From NCBI GenBank assembly GCA_028357285.1, contig JAOMWM010000003.1, forward strand, positions 41,679-105,678: a stretch of 64,000 bases of DNA. Reading direction: 5' to 3'. Shown here in pieces: positions 47,531 to 56,229 of the stretch (position 1 is its first letter; every line of letters begins with the position of its first letter). Position numbers and translations under genes: made by a program. Below the pieces are notes generated by a model. The model was not told the origin of the DNA, did no database searches, and was given only the letters and a program-made list of their open reading frames with translations. The stretch is from Schleiferiaceae bacterium. GTDB taxonomy: Bacteria; Bacteroidota; Bacteroidia; Flavobacteriales; Schleiferiaceae.

Positions 47531-48226
47531 TTACGCAACAACCATATGTGCGATCATGCTTTTGAATAATTCTAATCCGTCTTCATTTCTAAGCTCTGCG
47601 TCCGCTGCACGTTCTGGGTGAGGCATCATTCCAAAAACATTTTTAGCTGCATTAGAAACCCCAGCAATGTTCTCTAGCGCGCCGTTAGGATTAACGGCAG
47701 CACCAACTTCTCCTTCAGCAGTACTGTATTGGAAAAGGATTTGATCATTGGCTTTTAATTCTGCCAATGTCTCCTCTGAGCAGTAGTAATTTCCTTCACC
47801 GTGTGCGATAGGAATTTTATAGCCGCGCGTGTGGTCTAGATCTGCGCTAATACCGGCCGATTTAGAAACGGGTTTGATATATACGTTTTTACAAATGAAC
47901 TTGTGGCTGTTGTTGTGTCGCAGTGCCCCAGGCAATAAACCACTTTCCGTAAGAATTTGAAACCCGTTGCACACACCTAAAACATAACCGCCGTTGTTAG
48001 CAAACTCAATCACGCTACCCATGATCGGGCTCATCTTTGCGATGGCGCCAGAACGTAGGTAATCTCCATAAGAGAAACCGCCCGGCAATACTATACAATC
48101 CACTCCTTGAAGATCCGTGTCTTTGTGCCATAGATTGACCGTTTCGTGTCCCATAATGGTTCCGAGTACATACATCATATCGTGGTCACAGTTAGACCCT
48201 GGGAAGGTGATTACACCGAATTTCAT
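47531..48226 (-). CDS. purQ: Phosphoribosylformylglycinamidine synthase, glutaminase subunit
   Basis: MKFGVITFPGSNCDHD start, nucleophile context GVCNGFQ, MPHPER. Confidence 0.92.
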   Translation of the reverse strand: MKFGVITFPGSNCDHDMMYVLGTIMGHETVNLWHKDTDLQGVDCIVLPGGFSYGDYLRSGAIAKMSPIMGSVIEFANNGGYVLGVCNGFQILTESGLLPGALRHNNSHKFICKNVYIKPVSKSAGISADLDHTRGYKIPIAHGEGNYYCSEETLAELKANDQILFQYSTAEGEVGAAVNPNGALENIAGVSNAAKNVFGMMPHPERAADAELRNEDGLELFKSMIAHMVVA

Positions 48227-48394
48227 AGCAACTAGCTTAAAATAATTTTAACAAAGGTACGTGCTTTTAGTAGAATATGCGACTGGTAACGCCGATGGTA
48301 TGCATCTAGATGTTGCCTTTCCATCTTTGAGGATATTGAGCATCAAAAAGACTTCCTGATACTCCTTTTTTCTGCTTGTTGATTTTGGCACATA

Positions 48395-50719
48395 TTATGG
48401 ATTGTAGATAGACATTGGTAGATTTTTTATTTGTAGGGATGAAGCATTTTTTAGTCGGATTTGAACGGAATAAATTCCAGTAGATAAATCCTTTTCACCC
48501 CACAAATACGGCCCTATTCCGATAGGATTATCTCCTGCAATACCCTCAAAAGAATGCCACTGGGTGATGGGGCGGCCGCCGCGATCTAAAAGCCGAAGGG
48601 AGAGGATGTCTCCGGCCGCCATGGACACCCACAGATCGGTCGAAGGCAGGTAATAATTAGGGTCAAAGCTGAGGTGGGAGCGTTTAAGATGCGCGCTGAC
48701 TTCGACGCCACCCATGGAGGAGGCGCAGCTGTTGATGGCGTTCGGTGAGGCTTCTGAAGGGCAGCACCAGTGTGCATGGTGGGGCGTCCAATTCGAGGGA
48801 GCGCGACCAGGACTGTCTAGGGAAATGCGTTCCCAACTTCTGTGTTCGAGCGGCGCTTCCCACGGTCTATAGGTCATTTCGTCAAAGGTTCGTGCGCCGG
48901 TTCCTTGCAAGAGCAGTGCGGTTGTATCGTTGGGTAAGGTTGTAGGGCTTGGAAAGGCACGAATTTGATGTGGAGCGAGTAACGGGAAGAGGGGTAGTTG
49001 TAGCGCACAAAATGTAGGTGGGGTATCGTAAAATCGGTATGCTGAAGTTCTAGAAGCGGTAGTTTTTAGAAGGCGCAGAGGGTCAAGACGAATGGGCCTG
49101 TGGCTGGTGGAGGCCAGTTCTATGAACTCTTCTAATTGGTCCGGAGCGGCGTGGACTTCATTGATGAACACGGTTCCTGAATCCGGGAATTCAGCAGGTA
49201 AAAGCTGGAGGCTAGAATCTCCCAGTATTGGTGGGAGTGCCGTTTGCACCACGGGCAGTAAGAAAGGCGCATCGGAGGTCCATTGTGCTTGCAGTTGTGG
49301 TGAAAGCAGGTGAAGGTAGGAATAGAGCGAATGGGAAAATTGAACAAAGTTGGTACCGTTTTGATCCCCAAAAAGACCATTGGGTGGGTTTTTAGGAAGG
49401 TTTTTAGACGGAATTGGTTCATTAATGGGGGTTGCAGTGGGAACGACGCGCCATTGAGTAGTGGTATAGGATATGGAATCGGCGAGTAATAGGAAATCAC
49501 CAAAGGATTGATGCGGGGCATACGGAAAATTGTAGGGTTGAACAGCAACAGAGATGCCTTCGTTTTTCAGAATGAGTACGCCTTCATCGGGCAGAGAAAA
49601 CCCTGTAAGGTTTTGTGCGTTTTGACCGTTTCCGTAGCGGATTATTCCAGAATCTAGGGGGCAAGCAATGGTTTTTTTTGTTCCACTCTCCGTGATGAGG
49701 TCCAACACTGCTTCGGGCATGGGAACTTGACTGTAGGCAATAAAATAATCGCCCTGGCTTCCTTCAATCTGGTGGATGCCGATAATTTGTACGCTTTGAC
49801 GGTCTGGATAGTTCAGTAGTACGGAGTCTACAGCGAAAAAGGTGAGATTACCCGCTGTGTCGACGGCTAGGGGAACTTCTATAGCCCACCGACCCAGAGG
49901 AACGGGCCGATCGAAGAACACGTCCCAATGCGAAGGCCCCAGATAGGGATAAAATGCGGTATCAAGAGCTGTTCCGTCCTGCGCGCGCGCAATGACGCCG
50001 TTTAAACTTCCGGGCGCAGGTAAGGCAGGTTCTGACCAATTAAGCCTGAGGTGCCGTGGCGATAAAACATCAATGGCTCGCAATTTCGGCGCCACGGTAT
50101 CACGAAAAGCATAGCCTTCGGCCTTCAATGTTGAAAATAAAAATTTATCCACACGGCTTGAGGTAAAGGTGCAGTGCAGACTGAGACTTTTTGAGGAGCG
50201 AAGCGTGCTGTCGGTCGTGCTGAATAAGAGTGTGTCCGTATCATACACGTGAAAAGTGTAGTTGCTATCGCGTTCAACCCGAAGTGCAACGGCTACTGCA
50301 TTCCGGTTCACGTAGCCTGAAATTGCAGCGAGAACGCTGTCTTTTTCAGGGGTATGCAGCATCAAGGAAAGATCATCGCCACTGGATCCGGAGAGTTGAA
50401 TGGCGTAATAACCCCAGTCCGATTCGATGAACTTAAAACTGCAAAAATTAGCTGTGGACGGATTAAAATCCATCTGTATTTTGAGGCTCCAATTTCCGCG
50501 GAGCGCAGCGCGACTCTCGCGACGCCATTCCAAAGAACCCGCAGCAGGCGCTGCGCTCCGCAACCCATCTGCTGAAAATTGCATCCACGCGGTATCGCCC
50601 TCCCAGTCTACATGTGGAGCAGTTAAGGAGTCGAGAAGTTGGTAAAATTGGCCTGTGGCCGCGTTAAAAATGAGGCAGAAACAGAGTGTTAGTGCACTAC
50701 GAAACAAGTCGGTGAACAT
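48395..50719 (-). CDS. Secreted protein with N-terminal jelly-roll-like region, lamin-tail-domain (LTD)-like segment and probable T9SS C-terminal domain
   Basis: Signal peptide ..FNAATGQ. LTD-like FINEVHAAPDQLEEFIELAS ... WERISLDSPGRAPSNW. C-terminal ..DILSLRLLDRGGRPI..TGIYSVQIRLKN... Confidence 0.65.
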   Translation of the reverse strand: MFTDLFRSALTLCFCLIFNAATGQFYQLLDSLTAPHVDWEGDTAWMQFSADGLRSAAPAAGSLEWRRESRAALRGNWSLKIQMDFNPSTANFCSFKFIESDWGYYAIQLSGSSGDDLSLMLHTPEKDSVLAAISGYVNRNAVAVALRVERDSNYTFHVYDTDTLLFSTTDSTLRSSKSLSLHCTFTSSRVDKFLFSTLKAEGYAFRDTVAPKLRAIDVLSPRHLRLNWSEPALPAPGSLNGVIARAQDGTALDTAFYPYLGPSHWDVFFDRPVPLGRWAIEVPLAVDTAGNLTFFAVDSVLLNYPDRQSVQIIGIHQIEGSQGDYFIAYSQVPMPEAVLDLITESGTKKTIACPLDSGIIRYGNGQNAQNLTGFSLPDEGVLILKNEGISVAVQPYNFPYAPHQSFGDFLLLADSISYTTTQWRVVPTATPINEPIPSKNLPKNPPNGLFGDQNGTNFVQFSHSLYSYLHLLSPQLQAQWTSDAPFLLPVVQTALPPILGDSSLQLLPAEFPDSGTVFINEVHAAPDQLEEFIELASTSHRPIRLDPLRLLKTTASRTSAYRFYDTPPTFCALQLPLFPLLAPHQIRAFPSPTTLPNDTTALLLQGTGARTFDEMTYRPWEAPLEHRSWERISLDSPGRAPSNWTPHHAHWCCPSEASPNAINSCASSMGGVEVSAHLKRSHLSFDPNYYLPSTDLWVSMAAGDILSLRLLDRGGRPITQWHSFEGIAGDNPIGIGPYLWGEKDLSTGIYSVQIRLKNASSLQIKNLPMSIYNP

Positions 50720-50772
50720 AAGGCAGTTTAGAAGTAGCTTTGCGGGGTACTATATAAGTTAAGTCAATTTTT

Positions 50773-51765
50773 ATGAGAATTGCAGTTGTCGGCGCCACGG
50801 GAATGGTTGGCCAGATTATTTTGAAAGTATTGGCGGAACGCAGCTTTCCTGTCACGGAACTTATTCCTGTGGCATCCCAGCGTAGCGTGGGAAAATCGGT
50901 CGCTTTTGGCGGACGGGATTGGACCATTCAAAGCCTGGACTCGGCCGTTGCTGCGGTACCTGATCTCGCACTTTTCTCCGCGGGAGGCGAAACCTCATTA
51001 GAATGGGCGCCAAAATTTGCCGCGGCTGGTGCGCGTGTTGTCGATAATTCGAGCGCATGGCGCATGGATGCCGACAAAAAATTAGTAGTACCAGAAATCA
51101 ACGCGGATGCATTAACTGCTCAAGACTTCATCATTGCAAATCCCAATTGCTCGACCATCCAATTGGTCATGGCACTGCATCCGCTGCACCAAGCTTTTGG
51201 GGCGAAGCGCGTCATCGTAAGCACCTACCAAAGCGTTACTGGAACTGGTAAAGCAGCTGTTGATCAGCTCGAGGGAGAGCGTATTGGCGAAGATCCACAA
51301 ATGGCTTACCCGTATAAAATTGACCGCAATTGTATTCCGCATTGCGATATTTTCCTCGAGAACGATTACACCAAAGAGGAAATGAAGATGACCAAGGAAA
51401 CCGTAAAAATCATTGGCGATACCGGGATAAAGCTGTCCGCTACCGCCGTTCGCGTTCCTGTGCAGGGCGGACACAGTGAGAGCGTGAACGTAGAATTTGA
51501 GCGCGAATTCACTTTGGATGCGGTGCGAAAGATCTTAAATGACACTCCGGGCATCACCCTTCAGGATCGCCCTGAATTCAATACCTATCCCATGCCGCTT
51601 ATGGCGGAGGGAAAAGACGATGTATTTGTGGGCCGATTGCGCCGCGACTTCACCGCCGATCGCGCCCTGAACCTATGGATTGTTAGCGATAACCTTCGTA
51701 AGGGGGCTGCTACAAATACCGTTCAAATTGCTGAGGTCTTGTTGAAGAAAGGATTCATCGGATAA
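50773..51765 (+). CDS. asd: Aspartate-semialdehyde dehydrogenase
   Basis: MRIAVVGATGMVGQ and active-site NPNCSTIQL. Confidence 0.95.
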   Translation: MRIAVVGATGMVGQIILKVLAERSFPVTELIPVASQRSVGKSVAFGGRDWTIQSLDSAVAAVPDLALFSAGGETSLEWAPKFAAAGARVVDNSSAWRMDADKKLVVPEINADALTAQDFIIANPNCSTIQLVMALHPLHQAFGAKRVIVSTYQSVTGTGKAAVDQLEGERIGEDPQMAYPYKIDRNCIPHCDIFLENDYTKEEMKMTKETVKIIGDTGIKLSATAVRVPVQGGHSESVNVEFEREFTLDAVRKILNDTPGITLQDRPEFNTYPMPLMAEGKDDVFVGRLRRDFTADRALNLWIVSDNLRKGAATNTVQIAEVLLKKGFIG

Positions 51766-51822
51766 TTTTAATTGGATCATACTTCAACCGAACCACCTTT
51801 ATTGTTTTTGTGTTACTGAGGT

Positions 51823-52422
51823 ATGAGAATTAAAACAATAGCAATGGCCTTGTTTGCCTTTATGGCGAGCTGTACGGCCCAAACCAACAAGAAGATGAGC
51901 GACGAATATGCAATGGCCACCATACCGGCACCCGAAGAAGGACAGGAAGTAGCTGTATTAGCATCGGGATGTTTTTGGGGTACAGAATTTTATTTGCAAA
52001 AAATCCCAGGTGTGCTCGCAACGACATGTGGATATACGGGTGGGATGGTAAAGAATCCTACCTATCGCGAAGTCTGCAGCAAGCGCACAGGTCACTATGA
52101 AGCTGTACATGTCGTCTTTGATCCAGCGCAGGTATCGTTTGAAGAAATCGCACGCGTATTTTTCGAAACGCATGACCCTACTCAACGCAATGGACAGGGA
52201 CCTGATATAGGTCCACAGTACCGTAGTGCCGTGTTTTTCCAGAATCAGGAGCAACGTGAGGTTACTGAAAAACTAATTGGTTTGCTTGAAACCAAGGGCT
52301 ACGATGTGGCCACAGAGGTGCTGCCAGCGGCAACCTTCTATTCAGCTGAAAATTACCACCAAGATTATTACGACAATAAAGGAGGTACTCCGTATTGTCA
52401 CGCCCCAAGGAAACTGTTTTAA
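51823..52422 (+). CDS. msrA: Peptide-methionine (S)-S-oxide reductase, with possible lipoprotein signal
   Basis: GCFWG active site and HDPTQRNGQGPDIGPQYRS. The N-terminus MRIKTIAMALFAFMASC looks like a lipobox. The alternative start is M25 at 51895. Confidence 0.9.
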   Translation: MRIKTIAMALFAFMASCTAQTNKKMSDEYAMATIPAPEEGQEVAVLASGCFWGTEFYLQKIPGVLATTCGYTGGMVKNPTYREVCSKRTGHYEAVHVVFDPAQVSFEEIARVFFETHDPTQRNGQGPDIGPQYRSAVFFQNQEQREVTEKLIGLLETKGYDVATEVLPAATFYSAENYHQDYYDNKGGTPYCHAPRKLF

Positions 52423-52444
52423 CCGCAAAAAAATGGCGGAAACG

Positions 52445-52477
52445 AAAAAGCCCGGCGCGCAGCGCCGGGCTTTTTTT
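52445..52477. terminator. Bidirectional terminator between msrA and accC
   Basis: A5-GCCCGGCGC-GCA-GCGCCGGGC-T7. Confidence 0.8.
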
Positions 52478-52498
52478 ATACAATCTTCTCTTGAACGC

Positions 52499-53839
52499 TT
52501 ATTCGACCAATTCGAAATCTTCCATAAATTTCGTGGTATATACACCTCTACGGAAGTCTTCGTTTTGTAACAATTGTTGGTGGAATGGAATAGTCGTTTT
52601 CACACCCTCAATAACGAATTCACCTAAGGCACGCTCAAGCTTATCAATAGCCTCATCACGTGTGCGTGCTGTCACAATCAATTTTGCAATCATTGAATCG
52701 TAAAACGGTGGAATCATATATCCGCTGTAACAATGCGTGTCTAAACGAACTCCATGACCTCCTGGCGCATGGAACGAAGCAATCATTCCTGGCGATGGAC
52801 GGAAGTCGTTGAAAGCGTCTTCAGCATTAATACGGACTTCTATACTGTGCATCTCTGGGAAATAGTTTTTACCTGAGATTTTTTCTCCCGCAGCAACTTT
52901 GATTTGCTCACGAATCAAGTCGAAGCCTACCACTTGTTCTGTGATTGGGTGTTCCACTTGAATACGAGTATTCATTTCCATGAAGTAGAAATTCCGGTCT
53001 TTATCAACTAAAAACTCGACCGTTCCAGCGCCTTCATAGGCAATAAATTCAGCGGCCTTTACAGCAGCATCTCCCATTGCTTTGCGCAATTCATCCGTCA
53101 TAAAAGGCGATGGCGTTTCCTCTACCAATTTCTGGTGACGACGTTGTACCGAACAATCGCGTTCAGATAAATGACAGGCTTTACCATAGCTATCACCAAC
53201 AACTTGAATTTCGATGTGTCGTGGCTCTAGAATGAGTTTCTCCATATACATACCGTCGTTACCAAAGGCAGCAGCAGATTCTCTTCGTGCACTTTTCCAA
53301 GCACCCTCTAGTTCACTTTCTGCAAAAATTGCACGCATACCCTTACCACCACCACCTGCGGTAGCTTTCATCATCACTGGGTAGCCTATTTTCTTCGCTG
53401 TTTTTCGTGCATGCTCAAGGGAGTCAAGAATACCTTCAGAACCCGGTACACACGGTACACCTGCTTCTTTCATGGTTTCCTTAGCGGTCGCTTTATCTCC
53501 CATCTTATCGATCTGATCTCCAGTAGCACCAATAAATTTGATTCCGTGCTCTGCACAAATCCTTGAGAATTTTGCGTTTTCACTTAAGAATCCATAGCCT
53601 GGGTGAATGGCATCCGCATTCGTAATTTCGGCAGCGGCAATAATATTCGGAATACTTAAGTAGCTTTCAGATGAAGCAGCAGGTCCGATACAAACGGCTT
53701 CGTCGGCAAAGCGAACGTGCAGGGAGTCAGCATCTGCTTTTGAATAAACAGCAACCGTTTTGATGCCCATTTCTTTACACGTACGAATGACGCGAAGGGC
53801 AATCTCACCACGGTTGGCAATGAGTACTTTCTTAAACAT
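52499..53839 (-). CDS. accC: Acetyl-CoA carboxylase biotin carboxylase subunit
   Basis: [20 protein letters not shown] start, ATP-grasp motifs ([22 protein letters not shown]). Confidence 0.95.
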   Translation of the reverse strand: MFKKVLIANRGEIALRVIRTCKEMGIKTVAVYSKADADSLHVRFADEAVCIGPAASSESYLSIPNIIAAAEITNADAIHPGYGFLSENAKFSRICAEHGIKFIGATGDQIDKMGDKATAKETMKEAGVPCVPGSEGILDSLEHARKTAKKIGYPVMMKATAGGGGKGMRAIFAESELEGAWKSARRESAAAFGNDGMYMEKLILEPRHIEIQVVGDSYGKACHLSERDCSVQRRHQKLVEETPSPFMTDELRKAMGDAAVKAAEFIAYEGAGTVEFLVDKDRNFYFMEMNTRIQVEHPITEQVVGFDLIREQIKVAAGEKISGKNYFPEMHSIEVRINAEDAFNDFRPSPGMIASFHAPGGHGVRLDTHCYSGYMIPPFYDSMIAKLIVTARTRDEAIDKLERALGEFVIEGVKTTIPFHQQLLQNEDFRRGVYTTKFMEDFELVE

Positions 53840-53861
53840 AACCTTGTAGGTTTAAACTGAA

Positions 53862-54338
53862 TTAAGAAGGATCAACCAAAAATAATGGCTGGTCGTATTC
53901 TATTGGAGTTTGATCGTCTGCAAGAATCTTGACAATCTTACCGCTGATTTCACTTTCGATTTCATTGAAAAGCTTCATGGCTTCGACGATACAAAGTACA
54001 TCGCCCGGTTTAATCGAATCACCCACTTTTACGAACGCATCTTGATCTGGCGATGGCGTACGGTAGAATGTTCCGATCATTGGAGAGTTGATAGTGATGT
54101 AGTTTGCATTTTCGTCGGCTTCTGCTGGTGCAGGCGCTGCTGGTGCCGGTGCTGCTTCTGCAGGTGCTGCGACAGCAGGCATTTGCTGCGGTGCAACGGC
54201 CTGTATAATCGTAGGCTGGTCACTAGCATCAGGGCCGGTTTTAATATTAATCTTGAAATCTTCTGTTTCTAAGCTCACTTCTTGAGCACCACTTTTGGCG
54301 ACAAATTTGATGAGCGCCTGGATTTCTTTCAAGTCCAT
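53862..54338 (-). CDS. accB: Acetyl-CoA carboxylase biotin carboxyl carrier protein
   Basis: Ala/Pro linker and biotinyl domain with [10 protein letters not shown]. Confidence 0.9.
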   Translation of the reverse strand: MDLKEIQALIKFVAKSGAQEVSLETEDFKINIKTGPDASDQPTIIQAVAPQQMPAVAAPAEAAPAPAAPAPAEADENANYITINSPMIGTFYRTPSPDQDAFVKVGDSIKPGDVLCIVEAMKLFNEIESEISGKIVKILADDQTPIEYDQPLFLVDPS

Positions 54339-54370
54339 TTTAAATGTATTTAGGAATATGAAGTTACGAG

Positions 54371-55363
54371 TTATTTTTTATCAATGGCCCATTTGACCCA
54401 CATGGCGCCCCAGGTAAATCCACCGCCAAATGCAGCGAAGAAGATGTTATCTCCTTTTTTGAACTTGTCCCTGTAATCCCACAGTCCAAGCGGTATGGTA
54501 GCCGATGTGGTATTGCCGTAATTTTGAATGTTGATGACTACTTTCTCTTTAGTCAACTCCATCCGACGCGCGGTGGCGTCGATAATTCTTAGATTGGCTT
54601 GATGCGGCACTAAGTAGGCGACATCTTCGCCTGTAAGATTGTTTTTTTTGAGTAGTTCAGCCGAGGTATCTGCCATACGGCTCACGGCAAAACGGAAAAC
54701 GCTCTGCCCTTCTTGACGAATGGCATGTTGTTTATTATCGATAGTTTCGTGCGAAGGCGGAAGGAAAGAACCTCCAGCTTCAATGCGGAGGAAATCGCGT
54801 CCTGTTGCATCTGTTCTAAGAATTTCGTCCTGAACCCCGAGGTCTTCGTAGTTAGGCTCCATGAGTACTACCCCACAACCGTCACCAAAAAGAATACAAG
54901 TCGTACGGTCAGTATAGTCTACAATGGAAGACATTACATCCGAGCCTACGACTAGAACTTTCTTGTATTTACCACTTTCAATGTATGCGGAAGCGTTACT
55001 AACGGCATAAAGGAAAGAGGAACAAGCTGCTTGTAGGTCGAATGCATAGGCGTTTTTTGCACCAATTTCTTGAGCGATGTAGGCAGAGGTAATAGCTACC
55101 GGCATGTCCGGTGTAACGGAGGCGAGTATAACGAGATCAACATCGTCAACGGTAACACCATATTCGTTTTTCATGGCCTCAACGGCCTTAATAGCGAGGT
55201 ACGAAGCACCCATACCTTCTTCAGGCTTTAAGATGCGGCGTTCCTTGATGCCTGTGCGAGTGGTAATCCATTCGTCATTGGTTTCGACCATGGTTGCCAA
55301 TTCTTCATTGGTCAACACATACTCTGGAACGTATCCGCCAATAGCGGTGATTGCTGCTTTCAT
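54371..55363 (-). CDS. fabH: 3-oxoacyl-ACP synthase III
   Basis: Active-site context [29 protein letters not shown]. Confidence 0.92.
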   Translation of the reverse strand: MKAAITAIGGYVPEYVLTNEELATMVETNDEWITTRTGIKERRILKPEEGMGASYLAIKAVEAMKNEYGVTVDDVDLVILASVTPDMPVAITSAYIAQEIGAKNAYAFDLQAACSSFLYAVSNASAYIESGKYKKVLVVGSDVMSSIVDYTDRTTCILFGDGCGVVLMEPNYEDLGVQDEILRTDATGRDFLRIEAGGSFLPPSHETIDNKQHAIRQEGQSVFRFAVSRMADTSAELLKKNNLTGEDVAYLVPHQANLRIIDATARRMELTKEKVVINIQNYGNTTSATIPLGLWDYRDKFKKGDNIFFAAFGGGFTWGAMWVKWAIDKK

Positions 55364-55425
55364 GGTTTCTTCAGTTGTAGTGGGCTAAAATAGCCCGTGT
55401 GGAACACTTAAAGGGGTATAAAAAA

Positions 55426-55458
55426 GAAAAAGTAGCCCAAATCTGGGCTACTTTTTTA
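55426..55458 (-). terminator. Intrinsic terminator after rpmF
   Basis: A5-AGTAGCCCA-AATC-TGGGCTACT-T6. On the minus strand the hairpin is followed by TTTTTCTTTTTT. Confidence 0.7.
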
Positions 55459-55482
55459 ACAATCAATGTTTTATAGAATGGC

Positions 55483-55665
55483 TTAAGCCTTTTCCATAAC
55501 TACCTTGCCCTTGTAGTACAACTTACCTTCGTGCCAATGCGCGCGGTGGTACAGGTGGGCTTCACCAGTGGTTGGGCAGATAGCCAATTGCTGATCAGCT
55601 GCCTTGTAGTGTGTTCTACGCTTGTCTCTTCTCGTGCTCGACTGTCTGCGTTTAGGATGTGCCAT
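55483..55665 (-). CDS. rpmF: 50S ribosomal protein L32
   Basis: [21 protein letters not shown], the canonical L32 N-terminus. 60 aa. Confidence 0.9.
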   Translation of the reverse strand: MAHPKRRQSSTRRDKRRTHYKAADQQLAICPTTGEAHLYHRAHWHEGKLYYKGKVVMEKA

Positions 55666-55675
55666 CTCTACTTAA

Positions 55676-56176
55676 TTATTTATTCAACAAGTTTTTTAGT
55701 TGATCCCATCTAGGATCTGTCTTTTCTTCTGTTTCGTCTTCTTCCTCTTCAATTAAATCTTCAAGACCATTACCGGCATTTGGGCCTAAGAGCTTCGATG
55801 GAATACTAAGCACTACCAATTCGTAGATCATCTGAGCTGCGTTAAACTCGTAGTTGCCGTGCGGTAAAATGAGGAGTTCCTCATTTTCATCATTGTACTC
55901 ATCGCCGAACTTAATTTGCATTACAAAGCTATTCTTTAGCACCTGTGTATACGTTTCATTAGTAATGTCACAGGGCGTTTCTATGCTTCCAGCGAAATGA
56001 AATTCTAAATCTAGAACCGTTTCACTTTTCAACATTTTTAGCTCAGTCGTGCCACGTAAGCCGCGGTAGTCTGAATATTCAAAGAGCGTAAAGAACGTAT
56101 CATCCAAATCATACTGGAACTCGTGTTGTCCTAACGCTAAGCCTCTAAAGGCAATGTCAAAATCGCGTTTTTTCAC
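55676..56176 (-). CDS. yceD: YceD/DUF177 family protein
   Basis: Size, acidic C-terminus and conserved position directly upstream of rpmF. Confidence 0.8.
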   Translation of the reverse strand: MKKRDFDIAFRGLALGQHEFQYDLDDTFFTLFEYSDYRGLRGTTELKMLKSETVLDLEFHFAGSIETPCDITNETYTQVLKNSFVMQIKFGDEYNDENEELLILPHGNYEFNAAQMIYELVVLSIPSKLLGPNAGNGLEDLIEEEEDETEEKTDPRWDQLKNLLNK

Positions 56177-56229
56177 AGGTCAAGTATCACTGAATGAGCG
56201 GGCAAAGATATTGAAATTGTTGAAAACTT

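Noticed and set aside
48395-50719. Horizontal acquisition of the LTD gene based on GC-rich stretches
   Set aside because: The GC estimate comes from a few hand-counted lines, and other lines in the gene are ~38 percent GC. No flanking tRNA, integrase or direct repeats are present. It is kept only as a caveat-laden note in the finding, not as a mobile element call.
52277-52703. Plus-strand ORFs (97 and 102 aa) running from the msrA end across the terminator into accC
   Set aside because: They span a strong bidirectional terminator and run antisense to accC. No coding signal was seen.
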